A stretch of 64,000 bases of DNA from Eledone cirrhosa (lineage: Eukaryota), in NCBI GenBank assembly GCA_964016885.1, contig OZ024741.1:233492001-233556000 (forward strand), in the 5' to 3' direction. This document shows, one piece after another, positions 27,479 to 41,300 of this stretch; the stretch's first letter is position 1, and every line of letters begins with the position of its first letter. The translations under genes were made by a program, and so were the position numbers. The notes beneath the pieces were generated by a model. It was not told the DNA's origin, searched no databases, and saw nothing but the letters and a program-made list of their open reading frames with translations.

Positions 27479-28646
27479 ATATATATATATTCAAAATAGC
27501 ACACAACAAATACAATGGAAAAAACAAAGGAAAGACAGACAGTCTATATATATATTACTCTTTTACACTTTTATCTGTTCCAGCCATCTGGCTGAGGCCA
27601 TGCTGGGGCACCGCCTTTGTATTATATATATACATACATATAAAGATTCAGGACCCCTACGGCTGAGCTCCAGCCATTTTGACAGCTAGATCAGTTCAGA
27701 TCTAGCTGTCGAAACGGCCGGAGCTCAGCCATCCTGTATCTTTTCATATTACCCACTCTACTACCCCAAGTATCGAGTACTCTGGTGGGTTATGGTCTAC
27801 CTGATTTTTATCACACCCTATCTGATATATATATATTATATATATATATAGAGAGAGAGAGAAAGAGAGAAAGACAAACACACGTATGTTCACTTATATG
27901 TAAACATACGTAACTGTTGATAAACAAGAATAAATTAAACGCAGTTGCAAATAGTAGGTGTTAGTATGAGGTAGTATTGTTATTGTAAGTTGGTAGAGAG
28001 AGAGAGGTTAGGAAGTAGTGGTAGTGAGGTGGTTGGTGGGGTATGTAATAGGGTAGCGGTAGTGATGGAGGGTTTGTGAGGCGGCTGGTGGGGTATGAGG
28101 TAGGGGTAGTGGTAGTGAGGGAGGGGCAGGTAGTTGTGAGGGGGTTGGGTGAGGTAATAGGTAAGGGTACTGACGGGTAGAGGTGTTAGAAGTGATGAGG
28201 GAGTTGGGTGGAGTAGGATATAGGGAGTAGTAAGAGGATAGGTAGGTATTGGAGTGAGGGGGTAGTAATTACCCAAGATTACAGTTGGTAATAAACATAC
28301 CAGGTTTTTGTTTTACATTTTATAATTAAAGAAGAGTGAAAAGTTTGAGGAGGAGGGGGAGGAAAGATAACGAAAGAAGGGGCTTGATGGGCATATCACC
28401 CTGAACACCAACCTACATGTACACACACACATACATGCACACAAACATGTATACGCACATACATATGCACAGATACATACTCATACATGCATAGCCACAT
28501 GCACATCCACATGCACACACTTATGTATGCACACATACACATACATACATATGCACACACAGGTATGCACAGACACACGTGCATGTATAAACATACACAC
28601 ACACATACACACACCCACTTAACATCAATATATGAACTCTTCACTA

Positions 28647-29776
28647 TCTATACATCTATATAAAACTGTAGTTGTCTGTGTGTGTGTGTCCTAATTTTTG
28701 CAAAGTCTATACAAATCCACATTTCTACTCCGATTGACTTCAAACTTGCATTTATATATTCCCTGCGGTCTAAAGATATTAACTGCAGCTTTTATTTTTC
28801 AATTTTCTGTTGTTAATGGGGTGTTAGGCGCCGGTTATTCATCTCCGTTGCACCCTTATAATATCCGTCTGTATGCCTAGCTGTCTGCATTACGACATTC
28901 TGACGAACATTGATGATGTATTATGTTCGCTATTTTCCGTTCATTGCCAGGGAACGTCTTCACGAATCAAAATATCGTCTTCCTGTTTTCCTTCGGTTGC
29001 AACGTTTTTCGAAATATTTACTTCTGTGTTCACAGATTGATTTTTTTAGTTTCAGAAGATCCCGTTAAGGGTGAAAGCAGTAATTCTTCGCTTAAACTTT
29101 AATCTGTTATTTTAATATATAATATAAGCGAGGCAAGCCAGCCCAGTTGCACTTCTTGCCAATAAACATTAACCCTTTGTGCACCATTCATCTAACTGTA
29201 GACCAACAAATACCAACTAAACGGAGCATTGATAAGAACGATGGCAAATGAATCTTCAAGGTAAGCAGTTTCCTCCCTAGCTGTTACTTCACGCGGGATT
29301 CTCTGCTACACCTTTTCGTAATAATACCGAACAACGTACTGCTGGTCACTCCTTCCTCCAAAAGCCGTACAAAGCGGACATGTGCAAATCTACACCAGAC
29401 CTACGCAAGAAATTTGCAAGGGACTGCACTGAGCGGAATAGAAAGAGTGCAAATGAACTTTTCAGGTAAGTAGCCTATGCCTTACTGCTATGACACTGGG
29501 ACCTTCTGCCAACTTAACCTGTGACTTTCTCTTTCACATTTACTCCAATAGGCCAAAACAGAGGAGTATGAAAAGAAGGGGCTCAACAATATTTCTATGA
29601 ACAATGCACATAGACAGCTAAACTGTACTTTCAACTTCTTAATTTTCTCCAAATAAAACAAGTTTCCTGTCGGTATATTTTCGTGAGTTTTTAACAGGCA
29701 CTCACAAATAAACGTTTTTCATTGGAGGTGCTATTACCAATGTTCTTACCCGTGCAATGCCGGGATACACTGCTAG
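28647..29776 (+). mobile_element. Non-autonomous Helitron
   Basis: 5' TCTATACATCTATATAAAAC followed by (TG)n; 3' hairpin cccg-tgcaatgc-cggg then CTAG; A|T target. Confidence 0.7.
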
Positions 29777-29817
29777 TACATATATAAAATTATATTCACA
29801 CATGTTCGCAAAATGTC

Positions 29818-30036
29818 TTAACCCGTTAGCATTTAAACCAACCGTATCTGGTCAGAATTCTCTCACCTCTTTCTGGTCAAACTGGCCACTCATACTTATG
29901 TTAAGGTATTGTTCTCAAAATATATGATATCAAAATCCCATAGATTCAATATTATGTGAAATAATTATATGAGATAAAGCCTTTACCATGAAAATACAAT
30001 AGTATATATAGAGTAATGTAAATGCTAAAGGGTTAA
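29818..30036. mobile_element. piggyBac-type MITE
   Basis: TTAA-CCCGTTAGCATTT...AAATGCTAAAGGG-TTAA. Confidence 0.8.
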
Positions 30037-30039
30037 TTC

Positions 30040-30960
30040 ATTAATTTTTTTCTGGGGGTATAAAGAGTGGAATAAAAGAACTCACAACTGTTTTTATCAG
30101 GTGTATGATGAGGGATTGTACAAATTTGCTTGAGGCTCTTGTGCTTGTAATTCAGGATTCTGTTGGTTGTTCTGGATTTCTCATCAAGCAAGTCTCGATT
30201 TGAATAATTTTGGCAGTAACATATTAGTATGTAGAACTTAATGAAAACCATTTGTCTCTGATGTTAGCCCAAAAAGTGATGAATGCCTTTCAAGCTTTCA
30301 GTTTGACAGCTAGATCATTGTGAAAGACCTTACAAATATTGAGATTAGCAGGCTTGCAATAATTGAATGTCTTCGCTTTTAGTGCCCTTAAGTGTCCTAA
30401 GTGCATGTGAGGAGAGGGGGGGGGGGGGGCATAAAATCTTACCTTTATTAGTGTCATGCAATGGTCTGATTAACATTCAGCTCCCTTGATTACAGTAATG
30501 AGAGCATCTTTGGGTCTTCTTGTCTTGTCATGGTCTTGTGGGTAGGTATGATTGAAATTCTTGTGCATATACACAGTATCCTCATTAGGCTTTCTATAGG
30601 GATAGTATTTGTCTGTCACGAGATTTAGAGTATTAGCCAAGACATTTGACTGTTGTTAAATTTACAGAAACAGTTGTATTTATGCCAAACTCCTTGAATA
30701 TTTTCATTAAGATTTTCTTGAAGTTATTCATAGAATGGTCACCCATGTTACTTGAAATCACGTCTAAACAGTCTGGAGCAATAGAAGGGATACAGGGCAT
30801 TCATTCATCCCAGACACCTTCAAGATTACCTGCAAATTCAGCTGCACTCTACAGGGTGACTCTCATCCCTCCAAATAGTGTCCAGTGTACTACGTTTGAC
30901 TTACAGCCAATAGCTTCAAGGCAAGTTTTACTTAACACATAATTTCATTCGAGTCCAGAA
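30040..30960 (-). pseudogene. Heavily decayed Penelope-like element RT/EN relic
   Basis: Minus-strand translation NNFKKILMKIFKEFGINTTVSVNLTTVKCL / TLNLVTDKYYPYRKPNEDTVYMHKNFNH aligns by eye to LRKKIRKFFNNLGLSITF...FNLNSGLIEPFHKNKENLAYIDYNSNHP of the 54600-56393 ORF. Confidence 0.55.
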
Positions 30961-31029
30961 ACATGGAAAACACTCCACGCCTTTACACCCCACCCCAGCC
31001 CCAGTTCACACAATAAAGTAGTCGTTTTG

Positions 31030-31272
31030 GCGCCATGACAAAAAGTGTCCAGTCCGCACTGTAAAGTGGTTGTGTAGGTGTCATAACAAAAAGCACCCAG
31101 TCCGCACTGTAAATATGGTTGGTGTTAGGAGGGGCATCCAGCCATAGAAACCAAGCTAGAAACAGTTCTGTATGAACAAGAAATGATCACTTGACCTGAC
31201 TTGTCTCAAATAGGGCAACCCACCTAACCCATGTTAGCATGGAAAATAGATATTAAACAATGATGATGATGA
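31030..31272 (+). mobile_element. RTE 3'-UTR fragment
   Basis: Tail motif plus (GAT)n. Confidence 0.75.
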
Positions 31273-32365
31273 TATATATATATATACTGGGTGGGTAATG
31301 ATTACGGTCTGTGTGGAGTAGGTATTCTGTTAGCAGAAAAATGGGTAGATAATGTAATCACAGTAAACAGAGTAAATGACAGTTTAGCAATAAGATATAA
31401 TGGATATATCACCAAGACTTTAGCATGTTTTTACATAATTTATTAACAAAGGTTAAGAGTTGGATTAAGCTGGCATGCCAAAAGAAATGAAATAAACCAA
31501 TTAAGATTGCAAGAGAAAGTACGGTTGACTGGCTGAGGTGTTGACCAGGCCCGTAGTAATGTTTTGTCATTACATATTGTTCGTGCTTGCGGAGCAAAAG
31601 AAGAATTGGTGTTTACCTTAGCAAGGTCAAGCTGCAAGAGCGAGATAGGCACCAGAACACTCCCTTATATTAGTTTTGTTCCCCGGACAACGGTGGCGCT
31701 AGTCACTACAACAGAATCATTAAACCCAGGGTGGTCCTAGGTAGAACAACTTTAACTATTATATCTGTATATGCACTACAGTCAGGACTTTCAAACTAAA
31801 AGGAGACAAAGTTTTGTAAGCTTAAGAAAATATATAATATTTCTCCCAATTTGTTTTCATTACATACTGAGCATATATATATATAAAATCAGTTACAGCA
31901 GTGACATATACAGGTACTGTTTTGTTGGGTTGCTACCCTAATTCATTCAGCCTGCCATATAGAGATATATGTATATATAATATAATATTATATTATAATC
32001 TATATCTTGTATTGTGGTATTGCTAGTGCCACAACAAAGAGTGCTTAGTTTACTCTGCATTGTGGTCATGCTGGTGACATGACAAAAGAATACCCAATCC
32101 ACCCTTTAAGGTGCTTGTACTGGTGACATAACAAAAAGCACCCAGTACACTCCATAAGGTGGTTGTACTGGTGTCATGGCAAAAAGCAACAAGTCCAGCC
32201 TGTTAGATGGTAGTGATAGTGTCACAGAAATATCTCCCAGTATGCACTGTAATGTGGTTAGCATTATGAACGACAAACAACTGATGAAAACCAAACCCAA
32301 AATGGAGTATGTGAGTAAGACACCTAACCCATGCAAGCAAGGAAAATAGACATTAAACGGGGATG

Positions 32366-32555
32366 ATAATTGTTTCTACTTTTGGCACAAGGCCAGCAAT
32401 TACCCAGTGTATTACTGGTACTTTATTTTATCGACCCCATAAGGATGAAAGGCAAAGTTAACCTTGGCGGGATTTGAACTCAGAATGGCAAGGGCCGTAA
32501 CTCTATGCATCAAAACATGGCGTCCGACTCTCTACCGTTACTGGCAATCCACCGG
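32366..32555 (-). mobile_element. SINE family B
   Basis: Full-length copy inserted in the GGGGATGATAAT end of an RTE tail; this motif is present on both sides (probable TSD). Confidence 0.85.
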
Positions 32556-32741
32556 GGATGATAATGATGATGAAGATGACATATACTCTGTTATTTACTG
32601 CAGCCACAACAGTGAGAAGAGTAAATCAAGAGATGACTAAAGAGTAAATAAAGACAAACGAAGAGTGTAAGAATTGGATACAATAATAGTAAAAGTGAAA
32701 CAGGGGGGGAGTAGGGTATAGGAGGGAGAGAAAGAAGATGG

Positions 32742-33122
32742 GGATGATAATGATAAGAGGTAGTGATAATGATGATGATGAAGATAATGATGATGATGGT
32801 GGTGGTGGTGGTGGTGGTGGTGGTGATGATGAAGATGGTGATGATGATGGTGGTGGTGATAGTGATGATGATGGTGGTGATGATGGTTGTGGTGGTGGTG
32901 GTGGTGGTGGTGATGATGGTGATGGTGGTGGTGATGATGATGGTGATGATGGTGGTGATGGTGGTGGTGATGATCGTGATGATAATGATCGTGATGATAA
33001 TGATGGTGGTGGTGATGATGGTTGTGGTGGGTGATGATGGTGATGATGATGGTGGTGATGATGATGGTGATAGTGATGATGATGATGGTGGTCATGGTGA
33101 TGGTGGTGATGTTGATGGTGAT
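32742..33122. repeat. Compound (GAT)n/(GGT)n microsatellite
   Basis: Directly visible. Confidence 0.95.
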
Positions 33123-33251
33123 GCAGTGTGTTCCCACACAGTCTGTTATAAAGGAAAGCAAACTGGTTAGAAATGTAAAAGGTTATCATAAAGCTGATTT
33201 TCACCACCTGACTTACTACTACTACTGCAACAACAACAACAACTACTACTA

Positions 33252-36200
33252 TTAATAATAATAATAATAATAATGATTTCTTTATTGGCCACAAGGGCTG
33301 ACATCAAGAAAAACATTACAGATGCCACAGGACGGTACGATGTGGGTTTTGTGCGTGTAAATATTTTTATTATTTATATAAGAAAAGAAAAAAAAGACAT
33401 AGAAACATATATATATATATAAACAATAAAAATGATTTTCCTCTTCAAGTGAAACTTGAAAAAGTTAATTAGGGATTCGCCGAAGAGGAAAGTGTCTGTC
33501 TTTAACCCTCTCAACCTGTCTACCACACAATCTCTTTCGCCATGGCCACCAGACAGATGAAAACCACCTGCCCTTCCTCCTCGAAGGAAGACGGCGAGAC
33601 CATCTGCACAATGGACTCAGTCAATAATCGGATCAGTCCTACACGCGACAGCAACTGTTCGACATAGCTCCACAAGTCAACAATGCTCGGGCACTGAATG
33701 AGTGCGTGCACGACGGTTTCGTCACTCTGCGCGCATCTCGGACAGACTCGGCTGACGGCACTTCCGTGCCTGTAGAGCTTATCTCGAACCGGCAGCGCTC
33801 CCCGGTAGCACTGCCAGGCCAGAGAGTTTTGAAAGTTATCCATAGCCCCTGGGCTGAAAGTTCTCCGGAAGAGAGCAAACGGCTGATCTTCTTCAACGCC
33901 CAGGATCTCTCCGAGAACGTCGTCGCTCTTCTCCTCCACTAGTCCTCTACAGAACTCCGTGGTGCATGTCCCACAGATACTGGTGCCCAGCTGGCAGAGG
34001 GCAGTGAGCGCCTGGAGACATTCCAGTTTCCAAGTGCTATCCCTCGGTCTTTTTCTGACCCAGGACTGCAGCTCCATCAAGGAGACGAGCTGTGGGAAAA
34101 CGTGCCTGGCGAACGGCGACCACACCTGTTCACCGTCAAGGAAGCACCAGAGATGTCGCAGCCTCAGTGCATGTTTGCGCATCATCAGCCATGGCATGCC
34201 TAGTCCTCCACGCAACGGGTGTTGACAGCAGATGGATCGTCTGACCATGGGAGCGCGTCCCTTCCACAAAAAGTGGAAGAGGAGGCGCTCCATTTTGGTG
34301 AGAGTTGGGCCGGGGCAAGGGACGACGGTGAGGTGGTAGCAGATGACGGATGCGATATACGCATTCACCACCTCCGCCCGGCCTTTCAGGGACAGCTTCC
34401 TCTCGGCTCATTTCTGGGTGAGGGAGGTCATCTTGCTCGTCACCTCGTTCCAGTTTTTCTCCATCTGGAGGTCCGGTCCGAACCAGACCCTGAGCAATTT
34501 AACCAGTCCGTCCGTCCATTCGCCCCACGACGCTGTTGGACGGCATGGACTTGCCTCTCCAGGTGCCGAGCTGCAAGCCCACTGACTTTTCCTGGTTTAT
34601 CTTTGCCCCTGTCACCGCCTCATATTCCTTGAGAGCGGTGCCGAGCATCTGGACGTGTCTGGTGCTCGACACCACCACGGTGACGTCGTCGGAGTAAGCA
34701 GACTCGGATTTCCCACATCCTAGTTCGCGTGGGACGCTCCTCATCGCCCCCAGTTTGTGCCATAACTGCTCGAGTGCCAATACGTACAAGAGGAACGAGA
34801 GGGGACAACCCTAGCGGACTGAGCGCATGAAGCTGAACGGCTGCGACAGGTGACCATTCACCCTCACAACTGAGCAGATGTCGCTGTACATTACAGTGAT
34901 CCAACCCCTGAAAATGGGCTCGAAACCGGCTGCCTCGAGGACCACCGCCAGGTACCGATGGTCGACCCTATCGAATGCTTTGGATTGATCCAAGTTGATC
35001 AGGGCCCCACCCATGCCAGGTTCCTTAACCACCCTCTCTATGATGTATCGCATGAGGTGGAGGTTGTCATGTATGGATCTGTCCGGAATGGCGCATGTCT
35101 GTGCCTCTCCCATCAGACCCTTGACGACAAGCGCCAACCTCGTTGCTAACACCTTGGCCAAAATCTTGAACTCTGCGTTTAGCAGGGTTATGGTCCTGAA
35201 ATTATCGATAACATCCCCCTTGTTCGGGTCTTTTCTCAGCAGCGCCACTGCTCCCCGGCTCACATAATTGGGAATGCTCCCGTTCTGCTGCCAGTTGCAG
35301 TAGACATCTGCCAAGAGGTCACCGAACAAGTCTGGCATAAATACATAAAGCTCGTAGGGCAGACCATCCAAACCTGGCGATTTACCCCTCGTACAGTTAG
35401 CCATCGCTTCCCGTATTTCACCGGCTGTTATTGGCTTTTCGCAACACTGTGTTGCGGACATTGAGAGCTGAGGCAGTTCGTCGAGGTATGCACTGAAGTC
35501 CATGCCCCGATCCGGGCCGCCGCTGCTCCCGAACAGTTCAGCAAAGTGCTGCTGAAAAGCTTCACACATCTGCTCGGGTTCAAGCAACACGTACCCGCTT
35601 TGGTCAGACAAAGACAGAATTGTGGCTTTGTTGCCACGTCGTGCCTCTGCCACCCGGGCCCATTGGACGGCTTTTGTCCCCTCGTATTTCAGAGCACACG
35701 CTCTAGCTCTGACAACGCAGCCTTCGTGTTTTGCGTTGAAGAATTGGTCGAGTGCCAATCTTGCTGCAAGCACGTCGGTTGCGATGCCTGTCCTAAATGC
35801 CTCTTCTAGCTTTCTGACTAGCTCTCCCTCTACTCTATTTTCCTCTATCACTACTCCTTTGCTAAACCTAATCGACTCTACTTTAATTGCCCTTTTCAGG
35901 GCGAACCACCACCACGACCGCTTCCGTCAACGCCCGCTTAACTAATACGCTAATCCGGTCTCTGTAGGCATTGCACGCCGGGAAAGACGCATTCAGCTTC
36001 CAGTAACCGGGCCCTTGTCTATGAAGTCTGTCAAATTTGTGGTCTGTGTAGTCGACTATTTTAAATTGTGGACAACTTATACTAGCCTTATCTAGTTCTC
36101 TGCAGAATACCCTATCGAGATACGATCTGGATGACCTGATGTGGTTTGTCCATGTCCACATTGGCACATTCGGGTGATCCAGTCGATACCTGTCAGACAG

Positions 36201-37340
36201 TTCAAAACGTCTGAGCAGGTTGGTGAGGCTCTTGCACCCTCCTCCCCTATCCACTAGCCCCACACAATCCCAGCGTGCATCCAAGATACTGTTCCAGTCG
36301 CCCACTAACACTAAAGAGCGGGACGTTCCAAGAAAGGTCTCTAGATGTCTGAAGAAATCTGGTCGTCTTGCCCCTGTTTGGCCGTAGATGGCTACTAGCC
36401 TGAAAGCATTGCCTTCGCTGCCGGTCACGTCTACACCACCGACTTACCTTCTGGGTCTAGGAATATGGCCCGTATGGCGAGATCCAAGCCTCTCCGAAAA
36501 AGTACGGCAACCCCCTCCCCCCGATCCTGGACGGCTGGGAGATATGTATATATCGTAGCCGCCGAAGATCGGTGCGAAGGCTTGTGCTTCGGAGATTCTT
36601 GTCTCGCTGATGGCCACCACATCTATGTTTAGTGACCTGAGGTTGTTGAGCAGGTGACCCTGCTTCCAAGATGACCCCAGGCCACGTGCATTTATACTGC
36701 CTATTCTGAGTACGGCCATGTTGGATGAGAAACGGGGCAAGTGAGAAAGGGTCACTTACTTTGATCGTGTGGTGAAGGGACAGTAGAACCGTCCCTTTCA
36801 CTGGTCATGAGTGTTTCCAAGAAGATGTCAGTGTATATCCTCTTGGTAACCGACCCTTTGAAGTCTCCAACTGCCTTGGGGGATTTTTGTTTTAAAGGTT
36901 TGTACTGTTCTATTGAGATTTCAATGATGCTTATGTTTGTTGGGAGAGTTCTTGGTGTTGGTGGGGTGTAGTAGTTTTTTTCTGTGATGTCTGTGTGCTG
37001 CTTTATATATTGTATGTGTTCTATTTTTGCCATGTTTATGGCTGTGTACTTTTTGGGGGGAGGGGTGATTTTGTTGCTGTTTGGTGTGTGTGTTTTGTTT
37101 TGTTTGCATTGTTGGTGATTTTGGTGATGCTGGTGGTGGTGTGGTAGTTGTTGGCGGTAGTGCTTATGGTGGTGATGGTGGTGGTGTTGCTGCAAATTTC
37201 CTTGCTGCCTTTACCCCTCTTTGTGTACCTTCGCTTTTGGAGAGTGAATCTAAGGGTTCGCTGTTACAGGTATCGATGTCATTGTTGATGTTTTCGTTGG
37301 TACAGTTGTTGGTGTTGTTGTTGTTGTTGTTTTCGTTGAT
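33252..37340 (-). mobile_element. L1-clade (Tx1-like) LINE: ORF1 3' part plus frameshifted ORF2
   Basis: EN motifs GSINARGL, ISETR, VGDWN, SYLDRVF, TDHK. RT motifs GKSPGLDGLP, FRTITLLNAEFKILAK, LDQSKAFDRVDH, AYSDDVT. C-terminal CPRC..ETVVHALIQC zinc knuckle. AATAAA followed by an (ATT)n tail. Confidence 0.93.
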
Positions 37341-37344
37341 ACTG

Positions 37345-37620
37345 TTGCTGTTGTTACTGTTATAATACCACCACCAGCAACAACAACACCAACTCCAGCA
37401 CTACTACTACTGCCACTATCACAATCACTAATACTGCCATCACTGCTACTACCACAACCACTACTACTACTACCACCACCAACATCAGTACTACTACTAA
37501 TACTACCAACATCAACACCAGTATTATTACAACTACTACTACTACTATCAACACTACTACTACTACTGCTGCCAACAATAACATCAACACCAACACTACC
37601 ATCACCACCACTAACAATAA
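37345..37620. repeat. Compound (ACT)/(ACC)/(AAC) microsatellite
   Basis: Directly visible. Confidence 0.85.
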
Positions 37621-37836
37621 TTATAATGGTTTTGTGGGGACGTTATATTGCAAAGACAAATGACAAAACCAGTTGAGGAATGGTTACATTGTCTGTGTGT
37701 GGGAGCAGTATGCATATATGTGGGTCTATGTGTGTGGGTGCATATGTTTGTATGTATGCATATGCATGTGTGTGTATACATGTGTGAAGCTATACATGTA
37801 TACATATGTGGATGTATGTATGTATATTTATAGATG

Positions 37837-38028
37837 ATAATTGTTTCTACTTTTTGGCACAAGGCCAGCAATTACCCAGCGCATTACTGGTACTTTATTT
37901 TATCGACCCCATAAGGATGAAAGGCAAAGTTAACCTCGGCGGGATTTGAACTCAGAATGGCAAGGGTCGTAACTCTATGCTGGAAAGCATGGCGTCCGAC
38001 CCTCTACTGATACTGCCAATCCACCACC
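37837..38028 (-). mobile_element. SINE family B
   Basis: Reverse complement: ggtggattggcagtatcagtagagggtcggacgccatgc...ctgagttcaaatcccgccgagg (A/B-box-like). Confidence 0.85.
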
Positions 38029-38336
38029 ATTATATTTATATATAATAATGTACTTATGTATATGTATGTGTCTGTATGTGTTCATGTATGTGTGTGTATG
38101 TATGTTTGTGGGTGCATATGTGTATGTAAACATGTACATGTGTGTATTCATATGTGGCAATGTGTGTGCATGTGTATGTGTGTAATAGAGAAATAACAAA
38201 TACTGTGATGTTAAATATATTGTATGTGTTCCACATGAGAGAGAGACAGCCCCTTAGGACCATTTAGAGAAATGTACACATCTAGGAAATCCTATGAGTT
38301 AATGCCCTTAATGTAGTACCATATTTTTTTTTTGTG

Positions 38337-41300
38337 TACAGTGTCTCTCGAAAAAGTATCCGACTTCTTTTTCTGTGGGATGTAATGGCGTTAGGAAGAC
38401 AGAAGTGTGTAGAGTGGAGCTGCATACATTCTTGTTTATGTATGGTTTATGGTGAGCTCACTGGATGCATCAGTATTTGAGATGCTGCAATATTTACTCA
38501 TTGCATTTTAATTTCACCCAATACTACCAACAAGTATCCTGACTTTCTAAATATCAGGATAACTGGAGATGAGATGTGGATGTACAGGTACCACCTGGAA
38601 ACCAAAGCTCAGTCATCACTGTGGAAACATTCAAAGTCTCCAAAGTCCAGAAACCATTTTACATGCAGAGCAAAACCAAGGTGATGCTAACAGTTTTCTT
38701 CGACTGCCAAGGCATTGTACATCATGAATTCACAGTAGGAGAAACAGTTACAAAGGGATAGTATCAGAAAGTCTTTGAGCATCATCACAATACAGTTCAG
38801 TGCAACTCATTCGTCAAATCTGCTTGGAAAAGAAAAGCATTTCATTCATTCACTAGGTTCCATATACTCCAGGCAGATCCTTTTGACTTTTGGTTGTTCC
38901 CAAAAATGTAGATGCCACAGAAAGCTTCCACTTTTAGAGGTGAGGGACTATCATGGGGATTATGATGGTGGAAATGAGAATACATCATGTGGACTGTGGT
39001 GGTAGAGGTGAGAGGACATCATGTGGACTGTGGTGGTAGAGGTGAGAGGACATCATGTGGACTGTGGTGGTAGAGGTGAGAGGACATCATGTGATCTGTG
39101 GTGGTAGAGGTGAGAGGACATCATGTGGACTGTGGTGGTAGAATAGAGAGGACATCATGTGATCTGTGGTGGTAGAGGTGAGAGGACATCATGTGGACTG
39201 TGGTGGTAGAGGTGAGAGGACATCATGTGGACTGTGGTGGTGGTAGAGGTGAGAGGACATCATGTGGACTGTGGTGGTAGAGGTGAGAGGACATCATGTG
39301 GACTGTGGTGGTAGAATAGAGAGGACATCATGTGATCTGTGGTGGTAGAGGTGAGAGGACATCATGTGGACTGTGGTGGTAGAGGTGAGAGGACATCATG
39401 TGATCTGTGGTGGTAGAGGTGAGAGGACATCATGTGGACTGTGGTGGTAGAGGTGAGAGGACATCATGTGGACTGTGGTGGTAGAGGTGAGAGGACATCA
39501 TATGGACTGTGGTGGTGGTAGAGGTGAGAGGACATCATGTGGACTGTGGTGGTAGAGGTGAGAGGACATCATGTGGACTGTGGTGGTAGAATAGAGAGGA
39601 CATCATGTGATCTGTGGTGGTAGAGGTGAGAGGACATCATGTGGACTGTGGTGGTAGAGGTGAGAGGACATCATGTGGACTGTGGTGGTGGTAGAGGTGA
39701 GAGGACATCATGTGGACTGTGGTGGTAGAGGTGAGAGGACATCATGTGGACTGTGGTGGTAGAATAGAGAGGACATCATGTGATCTGTGGTGGTAGAGGT
39801 GAGAGGACATCATGTGGACTGTGGTGGTAGAGGTGAGAGGACATCATGTGGACTGTGGTGGTGGTAGAGGTGAGAGGACATCATGTGGACTGTGGTGGTA
39901 GAGGTGAGAGGACATCATGTGGACTGTGGTGGTAGAGGTGAGAGGACATCATGTGGACTGTGGTGGTAGAGGTGAGAGGACATCATATGGACTGTGGTGG
40001 TGGTAGAGGTGAGAGGACATCATGTGGACTGTGGTGGTAGAGGTGAGAGGACATCATGTGGACTGTGGTGGTAGAGGTGAGAGGACATTGTGTGGACTGT
40101 GGTGGTAGAGGTGAGAGGACATCATGTGGACTGTGGTGGTAGAGGTGAGAGGACATTGTGTGGACTGTGGTGGTAGAGGTGAGAGGACATCATGTGGACT
40201 GTGGTGGTAGAGGTGAGAGGACATCATGTGATCTGTGGTGGTAGAGGTGAGAGGACATCATGTGGACTGTGGTGGTAGAGGTGAGAGGACATCATGTGAT
40301 CTGTGGTGGTAGAGGTGAGAGGACATTGTGTGGACTGTGGTGGTAGAGGTGAGAGGACATCATGTGGACTGTGGTGGTAGAATAGAGAGGACATCATGTG
40401 GACTGTGGTGGTAGAGGTGAGAGGACATCATGTGATCTGTGGTGGTAGAGGTGAGAGGACATCATGTGGACTGTGGTGGTGGTAGAGGTGAGAGGACATC
40501 ATGTGGACTGTGGTGGTAGAGGTGAGAGGACATCATGTGGACTGTGGTGGTAGAGGTGAGAGGACATTGTGTGGACTGTGGTGGTAGAGGTGAGAGGACA
40601 TCATGTGGACTGTGGTGGTAGAGGTGAGAGGACATCATGTGGACTGTGGTGGTAGAGGTGAGAGGACATCATGTGGACTGTGGTGGTGGTAGAGGTGAGA
40701 GGACATCATGTGGACTGTGGTGGTGGTAGAGGTGAGAGGACATCATGTGGACTGTGGTGGTAGAGGTGAGAGGACATCATGTGGACTGTGGTGGTAGAGG
40801 TGAGAGGACATTGTGTGGACTGTGGTGGTAGAGGTGAGAGGACATCATGTGGACTGTGGTGGTAGAGGTGAGAGGACATCATGTGGACTGTGGTGGTAGA
40901 GGTGAGAGGACATTGTGTGGACTGTGGTGGTAGAGGTGAGAGGACATTGTGTGGACTGTGGTGGTAGAGGTGAGAGGACATCATGTGGACTGTGGTGGTA
41001 GAGGTGAGAGGACATCATGTGGACTGTGGTGGTAGAGTTGAGAGGACATCATGTGATCTGTGGTGGTAGAGGTGAGAGGACATTGTGTGGACTGTGGTGG
41101 TAGAGGTGAGAGGACATCATGTGGACTGTGGTGGTAGAGGTGAGAGGACATCATGTGGACTGTGGTGGTAGAGGTGAGAGGACATCATGTGGACTGTGGT
41201 GGTGGTAGAGGTGAGAGGACATCATGTGGACTGTGGTGGTAGAGGTGAGAGGACATCATGTGGACTGTGGTGGTAGAGGTGAGAGGACATTGTGTGGACT

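Noticed and set aside
32626-33294. His/Pro/Gly/Asp-rich ORFs
   Set aside because: Readings of a (GAT)/(GGT) microsatellite.
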